Part shown: positions 36,550-46,850 of the stretch, piece after piece
Numbering within the stretch: position 1 is the stretch's first letter
Layout of the letters: every line of letters begins with the position of its first letter
From: a virus
Virus record (IMG/VR): IMGVR_UViG_3300020213_000023
Location: 1-64,000 of that record
Strand: one strand, 5' to 3'
DNA: 64,000 nucleotides
Position numbers and translations under genes: made by a program
The notes under the pieces: generated by a model
Told to the model about the DNA's origin: nothing
Seen by the model: the letters and a program-made list of their open reading frames with translations, nothing else
The model's database searches: none

Positions 36550-39500
36550 GCAAACCGCAGAGTGGCGCCTTGTTTTCAACGAACGACGCCCATTCGGGCG
36601 CCTTCATCGTTTACATCAATGGACTCGAGGTCCCATGCAAGAGCGTGTCGCACCGTTACGGGGTCTGGCAAACACCTGAGATGGTGCTCGAAATGGTCGC
36701 AGACCCTGTGCTCACGCGTATCGGAGCAGAAGACCGTGTCCAGGTCCAAGTCTTCTATCTCGACGACACCAAGGTCGATCCGTCAGTTTCTCCTCAGTTC
36801 CGTGTGTTCGGCGAAGGTGAAATCACTGGATGGGGATACCAGAACACGCCGAGTGGTCGTTCGATCATGCTCACCTGTGTCAATCAGGTGGCCATCTTCA
36901 CGCAGTTGTTCGTCCAGTTCATGACGAACCTCGACGACATGGTAGCGCACGCGTCTGATCCGAGCGCTGGCGCAAACGCGATTGCGGTTGCATCCAGCAA
37001 CATCGTGTATCCGTACGCGTTGTTCAGCGAGGGTATCGTTCCAGGCGAAGCAACAGGGCAGATCAAACGGCCGTTTGATCTACTCTACAACGTCATTAGA
37101 AACATGATTGGTTCCCATGTTTCATCAACCACTCGTGCAACTCCAGTTGCCAATTTCTTTGCGCGTTGGTCACGTCTGACGAATTTCCACAACCGATTTG
37201 CAGCGATGCCCTTCTTTGACGAAGTCATCGATAACAACATCTTCCCTGTGCTCAAGGCGCTGCAGAACACCGCAGCTGTCGACGTGTTGTGCAAGAGCTT
37301 GCTTCCCCAAGTCCAGAACTCCGGATCGTTCTGGGACATGCTGCAGCTGGTCTATCAGACGGTATTCATGGAGATCACCATGATCCCTACGATGCCGTTG
37401 GTCACCGTCGACCTTCGCTCTGGACACATCCTCCAGACAAATTTCGATAAACACAAATTGACGATGGTGGACGGGACGTACGTCGCTGCGGCAGCGCCGG
37501 ATCCCCTCAAACCTCACCGCATCCCTAACTACTTTGCCAAACCGCAAATGCTGTTCGGCATTCCGCCGACGTGCAACGTCATCTTTCCGTCGCAGCTCAA
37601 GATGTTTGCTTACGACGAGAACTTCGCCACACAACCCACACGGCTCTACTTCAACGACGAAACCGTCAGTAAGATCCTCAAGATCCAACAAGGCGGATAC
37701 GGCGAGACGGTCATGAACTCTCTCGCCACCGCGTATCCGCCAGAAGCGGACGCAGCGAATCAAGCACGGCTTCGGTTTCCTGCGTTCAACGGGAAAAGCT
37801 TCCTTCTCTTCCCTGAGGAATTCTTCAAAGGCCCGGTCATGGACCGGCGCAACATCCCACCATGGCTGTTCTTCCTCAAACAGAATGAAGTCCTCAACGA
37901 CCCGTCGTCTAGTGACGGAACAACGACAACACCGCCTCCGCCGGCTCAAACAGGCGCAGCGACGGTCACGTCCGCACCAATCACGTCCGCAACGGCAATG
38001 CTTACGGATACGCGGGTAGGGACTATCGGGAAGGATGGTAAGCGTGTTTTTTCCACGAACGTGGAAAGCCTGCGAACCGACGTGACCCGACTGACAAGGG
38101 GCAACACAATCCCGGTCGACTTTGCGTTGGCCTGGATCCAGCACGAATCTGACGGAACGCTCAAAACTACGACTAGCAGAAACCAACGCGGTTATTTCCA
38201 AGTGACAGGGCCGCACGAAAGGGGTGACGGAACCATCGTCAAGTTTGCGGACAGCGAAGCGGCTGCCATTGGGCTTACGGAGGCCCACACGGGAAGTGGA
38301 CAAGATTCGCCGTTACTCGGTGAAGAGCATCCGCTGCTTTCAACTAACCACGAGGAATCGCTCCAGGCGGGCGTTGCTTTGATCCTCTACTATCGCAAAC
38401 AAGCCGATACCCTCGCCAACACAAATTCGCTCGATTGGTCCGAAGGCGACATGTGGCGACTCACCAAGCTATTTCACGGGGGCGCGGGATATGCGGCGTC
38501 TTTCATTGAAAAAGCGGTCGCAGCAAACGCGGTTGACAGCTGGGCCAACGCGTTCACCGCAGTAACTCATACGCTCGAGGCCCCCTTCAAAAAGGTGGTC
38601 GATACTGCAACCGGTGTTGGTAGCGTGGTGCCGACCGCAAGCGGCACGACCCTGGATGCGAACAGTGAAGCTATCCGTCAAGCGGCTGCGACACCGCCCC
38701 CTGCCACGCCCGCCGATGTAACTGCTCCTTCGGATGGAACGACGTCGGCAACAGTGGCCGCCGGAACAGCTAGCGAGGCGGACCTATTCGAGCAGGCACG
38801 TGAAGGCCAGCAGACCGTCTACCAGCTCTACGCCAAATACGAGTTTTTCCGGGAACGTTACTCTCGGCGAACAGGGTCCGTCGTCCTTGCCTTCAATCCT
38901 TACGTTGTGCCTGGCTTCCCTGCAGCCATCTTCGACCGCCGGGACACGCGCGTCGACGTGTTCTGTTACGTCACCACGGTGCAACAAAGGATGTCACACC
39001 GAGGTGGAAAGGAGACAACACTCTCTTTTGTATACGGACGTACCATTCAAGAGATGTTCGACTTGATGCGTCTCGAATTTTCCCAAGGGGGCGCAGCCGC
39101 TGGCACAGGACCACGCGAGCCAATCCGAGACATCCGAAAGGTAGTGCAGAGCTTCTCGTCGTCCGAGACACTCTATCAACGTCTTTTCTACGGAAATCAG
39201 ATTTTGTTCGGTAAGGACGCGTCGTTTGATTACCGCAAGGTCATTGGATACCAGCCGGACGTTCCTTCTGATATGCCGGATCGAATCGTCATCGAAGGGC
39301 CAGACGAGGCTTCGCAAGATTCGGCTGAGCGTGCCAAAGAAGTTATTGCGGCTCTCGAAGCCAGCAAGCAAGCGGCGGAATTGCGCGTCGCCGTATACAC
39401 GCAAGCACAGCGAGATGCGCAAGCAGCACTAAGCGTTTACGAGGCTCAAGCTGGAACGGCGCTCGAGACCGCACGGGACGCTGCACAAAAACAGTTCGAG

Positions 39501-40088
39501 ATTTCCACGGTGAACCTCAACGTGGTCAAGGCCGAACTCGCATCACTCAACCAGTCGATTAACTATCAAATGTCCGTGTTGGTTGCCTCGAACGAGGTGA
39601 ACGCGAAGACCCACGTCATTCATAACCTCGCAGGGGACCGGGAAATCATTCCGTTGCCGTCTGCGGAGGGCGCGTTTCAAGATTACGACGTCGCCATGCG
39701 CTACAACTGGCGCCCGATCTGCACCCTCGATGAATACATCATGTTCCATGACTCCGTGGGAGAAGGTCCGGTCCCTGCGAGTAACCATCCCCGATCGGTT
39801 GGCGCGATGTACTATGATCGTATCCGTCGGATGACGCCCGTACCCGCGGACTTCAAGTTCCCTGCAGGGGCCGACGGTCTCAACGCTGCCGTGGTTGCCG
39901 CTACACCAGAACAAATCGCAGCAGGGGAGGCGCCGGCACACGCGACGGCCATCCCAGGCCTCAAGAGTGGCACCGGCCCTCATGGAACCAACGCACCGGG
40001 TGACTTCCCTCAAGTAAGAGACGACTGGGATAAAATCCTCTTGGCGTACAGAAATAATGTTTACCACGTGAAAGTACCGCGAACATGA
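36546..40088 (+). CDS. baseplate hub-like protein with internal lytic transglycosylase-like domain
   Basis: hub-like N-terminus (VYINGLEV...FGEGEITG); FALAWIQHESDG...GYFQV lysozyme-fold motifs. Confidence 0.65.
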   Translation: MSKPQSGALFSTNDAHSGAFIVYINGLEVPCKSVSHRYGVWQTPEMVLEMVADPVLTRIGAEDRVQVQVFYLDDTKVDPSVSPQFRVFGEGEITGWGYQNTPSGRSIMLTCVNQVAIFTQLFVQFMTNLDDMVAHASDPSAGANAIAVASSNIVYPYALFSEGIVPGEATGQIKRPFDLLYNVIRNMIGSHVSSTTRATPVANFFARWSRLTNFHNRFAAMPFFDEVIDNNIFPVLKALQNTAAVDVLCKSLLPQVQNSGSFWDMLQLVYQTVFMEITMIPTMPLVTVDLRSGHILQTNFDKHKLTMVDGTYVAAAAPDPLKPHRIPNYFAKPQMLFGIPPTCNVIFPSQLKMFAYDENFATQPTRLYFNDETVSKILKIQQGGYGETVMNSLATAYPPEADAANQARLRFPAFNGKSFLLFPEEFFKGPVMDRRNIPPWLFFLKQNEVLNDPSSSDGTTTTPPPPAQTGAATVTSAPITSATAMLTDTRVGTIGKDGKRVFSTNVESLRTDVTRLTRGNTIPVDFALAWIQHESDGTLKTTTSRNQRGYFQVTGPHERGDGTIVKFADSEAAAIGLTEAHTGSGQDSPLLGEEHPLLSTNHEESLQAGVALILYYRKQADTLANTNSLDWSEGDMWRLTKLFHGGAGYAASFIEKAVAANAVDSWANAFTAVTHTLEAPFKKVVDTATGVGSVVPTASGTTLDANSEAIRQAAATPPPATPADVTAPSDGTTSATVAAGTASEADLFEQAREGQQTVYQLYAKYEFFRERYSRRTGSVVLAFNPYVVPGFPAAIFDRRDTRVDVFCYVTTVQQRMSHRGGKETTLSFVYGRTIQEMFDLMRLEFSQGGAAAGTGPREPIRDIRKVVQSFSSSETLYQRLFYGNQILFGKDASFDYRKVIGYQPDVPSDMPDRIVIEGPDEASQDSAERAKEVIAALEASKQAAELRVAVYTQAQRDAQAALSVYEAQAGTALETARDAAQKQFEISTVNLNVVKAELASLNQSINYQMSVLVASNEVNAKTHVIHNLAGDREIIPLPSAEGAFQDYDVAMRYNWRPICTLDEYIMFHDSVGEGPVPASNHPRSVGAMYYDRIRRMTPVPADFKFPAGADGLNAAVVAATPEQIAAGEAPAHATAIPGLKSGTGPHGTNAPGDFPQVRDDWDKILLAYRNNVYHVKVPRT

Positions 40089-40840
40089 GCGTCCTCAAAA
40101 ACGTCGCCAAGCTCGCGTTTGCTGCCGCAGGCACACGACAAGAGCAAGACCTTGCACTATGGCGGAAGTGGAAACAGGCCCCGACGGATGCCAACGCGTC
40201 CGCGCTGCTCAAATCCATCGACCCGCTAATTCAACGAGAAACGAACAAGTGGTCAGGTTCGTTGGCGCGCCCGCTCCTGGAAACGGAAGGTAAGCGTCTC
40301 GCTATGGAGGCGTTCCATAGCTACGACCCGAATCGGGGGGCTGCACTCGGCACGCACGTCGTCAACCAGCTCCAACGGATGTCTCGGCTGTCCTACGCCA
40401 ACCAAAATGCGGCACGGCTACCTGAAAACAAGATGCTCCAGTTCCATGCGTTCACGATGGGGCACGCAACGTTGCAAGACGAGCTTGGACGTGCTCCCAC
40501 GTCTGACGAATTGTCAGACCATCTCGGTTGGTCCAACAAACACTTGACCAAGTTCCGCACAGAGATTGGACACCAAGAACTGCTCGAGTCCGGCGGTATC
40601 GAAGGGTCTTCGGCCGGAACGTTCACAGCAGAGGAGTCCGACCACACCGTCGACTTCATACACCACGACCTGTCCCCCAGACAGAAAGCGATCTTCGAAC
40701 ACCTCACGGGGTATGGGGGCGCCGAAATTCTTTCACATCGACAGATCCAGAAAAAACTGAGTATCACCCAAGGGCAGTATAGTTACGACAAAGCTAAACT
40801 GATCACACACGTTGGAAACGTAACCACGAGGAAGTCGTAA
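40085..40840 (+). CDS. sigma70-family RNA polymerase sigma factor (regions 2-4)
   Basis: EAFHSYDPNRGAALGTHV (region 2), LQDELGRAPTSDELSDHLGW (region 3), LSPRQKAIFE...IQKKL (region 4). Confidence 0.85.
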   Translation: MSVLKNVAKLAFAAAGTRQEQDLALWRKWKQAPTDANASALLKSIDPLIQRETNKWSGSLARPLLETEGKRLAMEAFHSYDPNRGAALGTHVVNQLQRMSRLSYANQNAARLPENKMLQFHAFTMGHATLQDELGRAPTSDELSDHLGWSNKHLTKFRTEIGHQELLESGGIEGSSAGTFTAEESDHTVDFIHHDLSPRQKAIFEHLTGYGGAEILSHRQIQKKLSITQGQYSYDKAKLITHVGNVTTRKS

Positions 40841-41091
40841 TGCCTCCTTCTACACTTGCATACCGATTGCAGAAGGCAGCGAGCCACTTGACCAAGAAGA
40901 GCCTGAGTGCTTTGAACGTCAAGGCTCCTCCGCTGGAGTACGACAAGTACCAGAAGAGTTTCTACATAACACTCCCGATCCCCACGTCACAGGAGGTCGC
41001 GGCCAGCGGGAACGCCTTGGTAGTCGTCGAACCGCTTACTTTCGACGTCGTCACGGGCCTCTGGTCGGACGGTAAAGGGATCGAGAGGTAA
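40840..41091 (+). CDS. small protein homologous to the C-terminal domain of the next gene
   Basis: YRLQKAAS...PLTFDVVTGLWSDGK. Confidence 0.75.
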   Translation: MPPSTLAYRLQKAASHLTKKSLSALNVKAPPLEYDKYQKSFYITLPIPTSQEVAASGNALVVVEPLTFDVVTGLWSDGKGIER

Positions 41092-41094
41092 ATC

Positions 41095-41943
41095 GTGAAC
41101 TTTGTACTGAATAGCAATCTGTGGGTGTGGCCGATGCCCAAGATTACCGTGGAAGGTAAGTCTTACCGGCCCAAGGTATCTTCGGGATGGAAGAATAACC
41201 GTACACGTGCGGAGGGCGGGCACGCAGGGTCTGACATCGTTTACGGCGTCGGCAAAAAGGAGCTTCCTCAGTATCAGCCGCCCCGGGATCGCTCCACGGG
41301 TCTCGGACATTTTGTCCCGCCCAACATCCCTGCGTTGAGCACGTGCGACGGTGTCGTCACGTACGCTAAATCGACGTCTAAAGGCTTTGGCGTTCTCATT
41401 GAGCACGAAAAACGAACAGTTCGAACGTTTTACCAACACCTCGAAAAGGTGTTCGTTAAAAAGGACCAAGTCGTCAAAGCAGGGGACACGATCGGAACTG
41501 TCGGGTTTGATCCGTCGAATGACAACTCTGTTCGACACATCCATTTCGAACTCAGCTTTCGCGTCGGGTCTGAGTGGGTAAAGGTCGACCCTGGCACCCA
41601 TGAGAAGGGGTACATGTCCCAGTGGAGGATATGGACAGGCCTTGGCGCAGAGAGTTACCAGGCTTTCGCAGTTGCAGGTTCCTCTGGCTACCGAATCGCG
41701 CAGGCAGCGTCTGCCGGCGCTGTCCAAGTCATCGATCGCGACACCGCGATGAAAAACCAGAACGGCGCAACACACAAACGGGCGCAAGCCGATTACTACG
41801 AACGAGTCGCGCGCGTCATCAACGCTCAAGGGAGCCAGCTGTACGCTGCCATCGCGCAATTCGCGGGAGTTGCGCCTGTCGTGACGGACCCCATGACGTT
41901 CGATTTCACCACCGGCTTGTGGTCGGATGGAAAGGCGGTCTGA
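41095..41943 (+). CDS. M23-family metallopeptidase with unnamed C-terminal domain
   Basis: HAGSD (HxxxD), YQHL, VKAGDTIG, HIHFE (HxH). Confidence 0.9.
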   Translation: MNFVLNSNLWVWPMPKITVEGKSYRPKVSSGWKNNRTRAEGGHAGSDIVYGVGKKELPQYQPPRDRSTGLGHFVPPNIPALSTCDGVVTYAKSTSKGFGVLIEHEKRTVRTFYQHLEKVFVKKDQVVKAGDTIGTVGFDPSNDNSVRHIHFELSFRVGSEWVKVDPGTHEKGYMSQWRIWTGLGAESYQAFAVAGSSGYRIAQAASAGAVQVIDRDTAMKNQNGATHKRAQADYYERVARVINAQGSQLYAAIAQFAGVAPVVTDPMTFDFTTGLWSDGKAV

Positions 41944-41944
41944 C

Positions 41945-42388
41945 ATGTCCCGTTTTGACGTTCACATCCAGCTCACACCCGAAGCAACGGCCGGCGGAGG
42001 ATTCTATGGCTTTGGAGACGTGCGCTCCATTGGTGTCCGTGGCGTGCAGAAGCTGGTCAACATGTTCGCCAAGTACTTGCTCACACCGATAGGAAGCGAT
42101 CCACTCGATCTCACCTACGGTACTGACTTGCCGAACTTGATCGGGTCTAATGTGGACGTTCTCGGCGCCAAAGAAGTTCTCGAACTTTCCGTGGCAAAGA
42201 CAGTACAAGCTTTGCAGAGCTACCAGTCGAGCGTCGAGATCCCGGATGACGAACGGCTCTCGACGGCGTCAGTGACGGACTATATCGTCTTCACCGAGGT
42301 GTCCGGCTTCTCGGCACAGATCTACATTGAAAACATCCTGAACCGGGGGGTCACTGTCCTCCTGCCTAGCTTGGAAGTAGGTTTGTAG
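41945..42388 (+). CDS. gp25-like baseplate wedge protein
   Basis: KLVNMFAKYLLTPIGSDPLDLTYGTDL...DERL; directly before the J-like gene. Confidence 0.75.
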   Translation: MSRFDVHIQLTPEATAGGGFYGFGDVRSIGVRGVQKLVNMFAKYLLTPIGSDPLDLTYGTDLPNLIGSNVDVLGAKEVLELSVAKTVQALQSYQSSVEIPDDERLSTASVTDYIVFTEVSGFSAQIYIENILNRGVTVLLPSLEVGL

Positions 42389-42390
42389 TC

Positions 42391-44361
42391 ATGGCCAACA
42401 TCGAAATCGACGCACAAGACGTTGCCACGGCATCTAATTTTCTCGAGCAGTTCCTAAGCAACCAGATCCCCACCGGTGATTTCACCAAGGGCACGTCTCT
42501 TCGAGATCTCACGGTGGGCGCGATTGCAGCGGTATTCGCCTTCCTGCGACAGGAAAACACCGACGCACTCAAGCTGCAATCACTCAAGTCAGTGCAGGAA
42601 GCCATCGGAACCACGGACGCCGAAGCACTTAAAGACGCCGTTGCCGCGATTCTATCGAACGTCTTTATCAACTTGAAGAGTGGGTCGAAGTCTCGTGGAT
42701 ACACCATCGGGCATTCGTCCGAACTGACAGACGTATTCGTACCTACCACTGCGAAGTTCACGAGCGCGAATGGCCGAATCTTCGTCGTGGACTCGGCAGA
42801 GACCTACTTCATCTCCAAAACGGAACTGACCGCAATCGTCGATTCAGATGAATCGGTGCTCGAGTACGAATTCCGCATTCCGTTGGTTGCGACCAAGATT
42901 GGCGTCGAGTACGACATCGAGGCGGGCTTGTTTTCGTCTTTCGATCGTTTCAATCCGTTCGTCACGCGAATCGATAACCCTGAGAAATTCGCAGGCGGAA
43001 AGAGCACGGAGACTGTCGAAGAGGTTCTCGAGCGCGCCCCCACCGCGTTGTCAGTCCGTAACCTCATCAACGACCGGTCCATCACCGCGGTACTCGACGA
43101 GACCTTTCCGGAGATCCAGAGCATCTTGGTTGTCGGTATGGGTGACCCTGAGATGCAGCGGGACACGCTTATCAGCATGCCGGAACATTTGCTGCTCCAC
43201 GTCGGCGGCATGGTCGACATCTACCTGCTCCTCGACTTGGTCGAGACCACGTTCACCGGGGAGGTTGGCGACCTGTTCGCACGTCCTGATGGGCTCGCCA
43301 CGGTGTTCAGAGATTCGGCCGAGAGCTTTGCGGCTGTCGAAGCGGGCGACATCATCCGCGTGACTGCCGGGCTCGACGTCGTCCCTGCGGAGTTCATGGT
43401 CATCGAGAACGCAGGCGACGAGTTGATCGTTAGTGAGAGGTCTCCGTTCCCGCTCGCGTCGGACGAGGGTTCGCCTCCAACGAACGTGTCCTACACCATT
43501 GGGCGTGTGGGCCCGACGTACACTGATGTGCTTTCGGACGTTGGTAGCCTCCCATTCACGACAGGCGTGACCTCGCGGCAAATCGGAACGTCGGGTCGAA
43601 TCACACTCCCCGGCGGACCGGTGATCGATATCCTTGACGTCGCCCTGCTGGACCCTGGCGTTGCAGAAAGCGCCTTCAAGGCAGAGACCGATGGGTTCGT
43701 TCACTTCTACAACCACGTGAACACGACACCCGACGACACACAGACCCCCGACGATGGTCTTGAGTTCAGGACGATCGTCCGCAACCCGCAATATGCGCAG
43801 AGCATATTTCAGTGGATGGAGGTTGTCGTGGGAACCGACCTCGACCAGGCGCGGTTCGACGGCAACCAGCTCCGTGTGCGGTACCGAACGCTGTCTGCAT
43901 TTGCCACTATCGATGACTACGTGCGCAGCCGCCGACAACGCACCGCCGCAGCTCACCAGCTCCCCCGAGGCCATCATCCAGTGTCGGTGGCTGTTGACAT
44001 CAATTACAAACTCAAGGTAACCGCCACCACGGCGCTCGACGACGCGGCCATCGTTAGTGCCGTGGTTGACTTCATTAATGCGTTTGACACGAACGTGCAA
44101 CCGATCGACACCACAGCGCTCACGCAATTCATCAGAAACTCGTATCCGTCTATCGCCGCGATTACACCGTTGGTGGTTCAGTACACCCTGCGGGCACCGA
44201 CGGGAGACCTCATCCAGTTTGAAACTGCAGATGAGGTACTACTCTCCGATGACAAGAAGGTCTCTGGTCCCGACATCGTTCTTTCAACCTATGGTGTATC
44301 TGACAGAACAGTCCGATACGTCGCCAATAACATCGGCGTCCGTGCCTTCCAGGTGACCTGA
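42391..44361 (+). CDS. baseplate J / gp6-like wedge protein
   Basis: DFTKGTSLRDL...F...IPLVATKIGVEYDI...FAGGKSTETVEEVLER. Confidence 0.75.
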   Translation: MANIEIDAQDVATASNFLEQFLSNQIPTGDFTKGTSLRDLTVGAIAAVFAFLRQENTDALKLQSLKSVQEAIGTTDAEALKDAVAAILSNVFINLKSGSKSRGYTIGHSSELTDVFVPTTAKFTSANGRIFVVDSAETYFISKTELTAIVDSDESVLEYEFRIPLVATKIGVEYDIEAGLFSSFDRFNPFVTRIDNPEKFAGGKSTETVEEVLERAPTALSVRNLINDRSITAVLDETFPEIQSILVVGMGDPEMQRDTLISMPEHLLLHVGGMVDIYLLLDLVETTFTGEVGDLFARPDGLATVFRDSAESFAAVEAGDIIRVTAGLDVVPAEFMVIENAGDELIVSERSPFPLASDEGSPPTNVSYTIGRVGPTYTDVLSDVGSLPFTTGVTSRQIGTSGRITLPGGPVIDILDVALLDPGVAESAFKAETDGFVHFYNHVNTTPDDTQTPDDGLEFRTIVRNPQYAQSIFQWMEVVVGTDLDQARFDGNQLRVRYRTLSAFATIDDYVRSRRQRTAAAHQLPRGHHPVSVAVDINYKLKVTATTALDDAAIVSAVVDFINAFDTNVQPIDTTALTQFIRNSYPSIAAITPLVVQYTLRAPTGDLIQFETADEVLLSDDKKVSGPDIVLSTYGVSDRTVRYVANNIGVRAFQVT

Positions 44362-46850
44362 TGGCGCTGATCGGATACAACCACTCCTTCCTGCGTGGAT
44401 TGTCAGACTTTTGGCAGCGTTTTTTTTCGGACGCGCCTCAGCTCGACGCCCTTTACCAGGGAACAGCTGTGCTAATGGGGCAAGCGTACCTGGACCTCTT
44501 GTCGAATGTGATCAGCGTGTCGCTCAAGGACACGCCTATCTACGCCAAAGAATTCTACAAGCTGATCACACTACGAGAGGATCAACTTGCCTTCGACAAG
44601 GGCGCAGTCACCGCGGATGACCGATGGGTGGCAGCGCTCCCCGACGATGTTATTGCTTTCGTGTCACTCGATAACCGGGTGATTGAACCTACCGCGTCGC
44701 TACAGGAGCGGAACGACTACGACATCGACCGAGATGCCAAGACCATTCGATTCGTGACAGACCCGACGGACACCGACGGGAGCGGCGCACCTGTTCCGGG
44801 GTTCGCTCGACGATCGTTGGACATTTCTGTGGGCGGCGTTTTCGACGACACGACGCGACCGTTGGCAACGACGTGGATGGACAATGGCATCGTCAAGGGA
44901 GACACGCTCCGCATTCTTGATGTAGGACCAGACCTGGTGTCACAACGCAAGCGCACTGACCATTCGATTGTCTTGGTCCGCGCCAAGGCACTCTACGTCG
45001 ACTCGACGACGCCGCTCATCGAAACAGAAACTGCAGACAACTACGTCATCCTGCGCCGCCCCGCTGACGACACGGTTCTTGGTGAGACGATGACCTTCGT
45101 GGCAGACGCAGCCACGCTCGCACATACTCGGCTCGATGCCGGGTCAGTTCGCGTGTACGGCAAGGCGCTCAGCGGTGCGGATGCTGTCGAGGATGTCGAT
45201 TACACCGTCGATTACGAACTCGGTGTTCTCTATCGCTACGCGACGTGGAATCCTGCGACATCAAACCTTGTCGACTACACGTGGCAGACGAAGGTTTGGC
45301 CTGTAGCAACCTACTCGGCGACCGGTCTCGTCAGCGACGAGACCACCACGGTGCGCGTGGTGCAGATGGCGTTGTGGGCGCCGGATGCCTACGTCGACCG
45401 TCGCACGTTGGCCAACAACTTCGGCGCTCTCATTAGCCGTGAGGAAGACAGCTCGGAGAACTACCGCGCGTTCTTGCGGGGCATCTTCCAGCTCTACCTG
45501 CTCGGTCCGGTGCTCGAGCGCATCGAGAGTGCAATCAACGTCGTCATCGGATTTCCGGTCATCCGTGACGACGGCGAGGTTCTCGTTGACGTGGACACCA
45601 GCGATCCCTTGGTTACACGCGTGACCACGCGCCGCGCATCCAACAGCATCCTCAACGTGTACGAGTACCCTCCCACGGTCCCGCTGCGGGCCGATCTCAT
45701 CCCCACCAACTACGAGACGTTGACCTTCGAAGCATTCGAGCCCCTCACCACCGCTATCACGGTGACTGACTACATCCAGTCACCGACGTGGTGGCACAAC
45801 GTGGTTATTCCGCGGGATCTATTGCCTTCCGTGAGCGTTTCTCGACGCACGGTAAGCGACGCTTACGTCGAGAACATCGTGAACCCGGTAGACGGTGCTT
45901 GTATTGGAGACCCCGGGCTCGTCTTTGGCGCGGATGAAAACGGATTTTCGCCTGCTCCGGGCCACGTCGTGTTTCGTCATCGGTTGGCGTACGTCTTGAT
46001 GGATCGGTACCTGAAGTACCACACGTTCATCGTGAGCTTCGACGCGTCGATCTTCAGCCTGACGGACATCGGATACACCCGAACCTTCAATGACCTCAAC
46101 GAGCTGGTACTGACGGCCAAGCCGTCGCACACCTACGCGTTTACGCAGCCGTTGACCAACTTCATCGACACCGTGATCGCCGCGGACGGCGATTACTGGT
46201 ACCAGCCTGCGTCCTTCATGGACGACCCGGATTCGCCGGAGTTCTACGACACGGAGGGCGAGATTCCGGAGCCCCTCGAGCCCTATACCCAGTTGGGGTT
46301 GTTTTTCAACTTCAGCGTCTCTGCGCCTACCGACGGAACCGAGCAGGTGCTGTTTACCGATCCTCCGTTGGTTTTCGGTAGTGGTGTGTGGTCCGTGGGA
46401 GACTTCTTTCACTACGAGGACGCCCTTGCTGGTTTGATGAGTTTCCCGGTCCTCGGGGTTGACGTTGCTTTTGGCGGTTCCCCTCCGGTCAACATTACGT
46501 GGCGCGCTGTCCATGTATTTGTGAACGGTGCCCGGAGCGGAAAACGCCTCGTCGAAAACGTTGATTACCTCGTGTCGTATGACGGACTAGAAATCAGGCG
46601 CCTAACGGTATGGGATTCCCTCGTAAACGTCCCGGTGTCATGGACCTATCTCGCCATCGGTAACATCAGTACGTCGGTTGCCGATCCGACCATTGGTGAC
46701 ACGGAGCTTACTGTCAGCATGCAGGATGCTTCTGTGGTTACCGCCGACTACGATCCGACTCGGGTCGACTGGAACGGGGTCGCTCAATCCGTCACCGACC
46801 ACCAAGACCTGGCACTGGTTGACCGACCGCTAACCATCGTCATTCCTTGA
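44361..46850 (+). CDS. baseplate/virion structural protein
   Basis: ENYRAFLRGIFQLYLLGP...AKPSHT, reminiscent of gpI/gp7-type wedge proteins; acidic. Confidence 0.6.
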   Translation: MALIGYNHSFLRGLSDFWQRFFSDAPQLDALYQGTAVLMGQAYLDLLSNVISVSLKDTPIYAKEFYKLITLREDQLAFDKGAVTADDRWVAALPDDVIAFVSLDNRVIEPTASLQERNDYDIDRDAKTIRFVTDPTDTDGSGAPVPGFARRSLDISVGGVFDDTTRPLATTWMDNGIVKGDTLRILDVGPDLVSQRKRTDHSIVLVRAKALYVDSTTPLIETETADNYVILRRPADDTVLGETMTFVADAATLAHTRLDAGSVRVYGKALSGADAVEDVDYTVDYELGVLYRYATWNPATSNLVDYTWQTKVWPVATYSATGLVSDETTTVRVVQMALWAPDAYVDRRTLANNFGALISREEDSSENYRAFLRGIFQLYLLGPVLERIESAINVVIGFPVIRDDGEVLVDVDTSDPLVTRVTTRRASNSILNVYEYPPTVPLRADLIPTNYETLTFEAFEPLTTAITVTDYIQSPTWWHNVVIPRDLLPSVSVSRRTVSDAYVENIVNPVDGACIGDPGLVFGADENGFSPAPGHVVFRHRLAYVLMDRYLKYHTFIVSFDASIFSLTDIGYTRTFNDLNELVLTAKPSHTYAFTQPLTNFIDTVIAADGDYWYQPASFMDDPDSPEFYDTEGEIPEPLEPYTQLGLFFNFSVSAPTDGTEQVLFTDPPLVFGSGVWSVGDFFHYEDALAGLMSFPVLGVDVAFGGSPPVNITWRAVHVFVNGARSGKRLVENVDYLVSYDGLEIRRLTVWDSLVNVPVSWTYLAIGNISTSVADPTIGDTELTVSMQDASVVTADYDPTRVDWNGVAQSVTDHQDLALVDRPLTIVIP

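Noticed and set aside
40840-41943. Diversity-generating retroelement TR/VR pair
   Set aside because: Differences between the two copies are not adenine-specific and no reverse transcriptase is present in the window.
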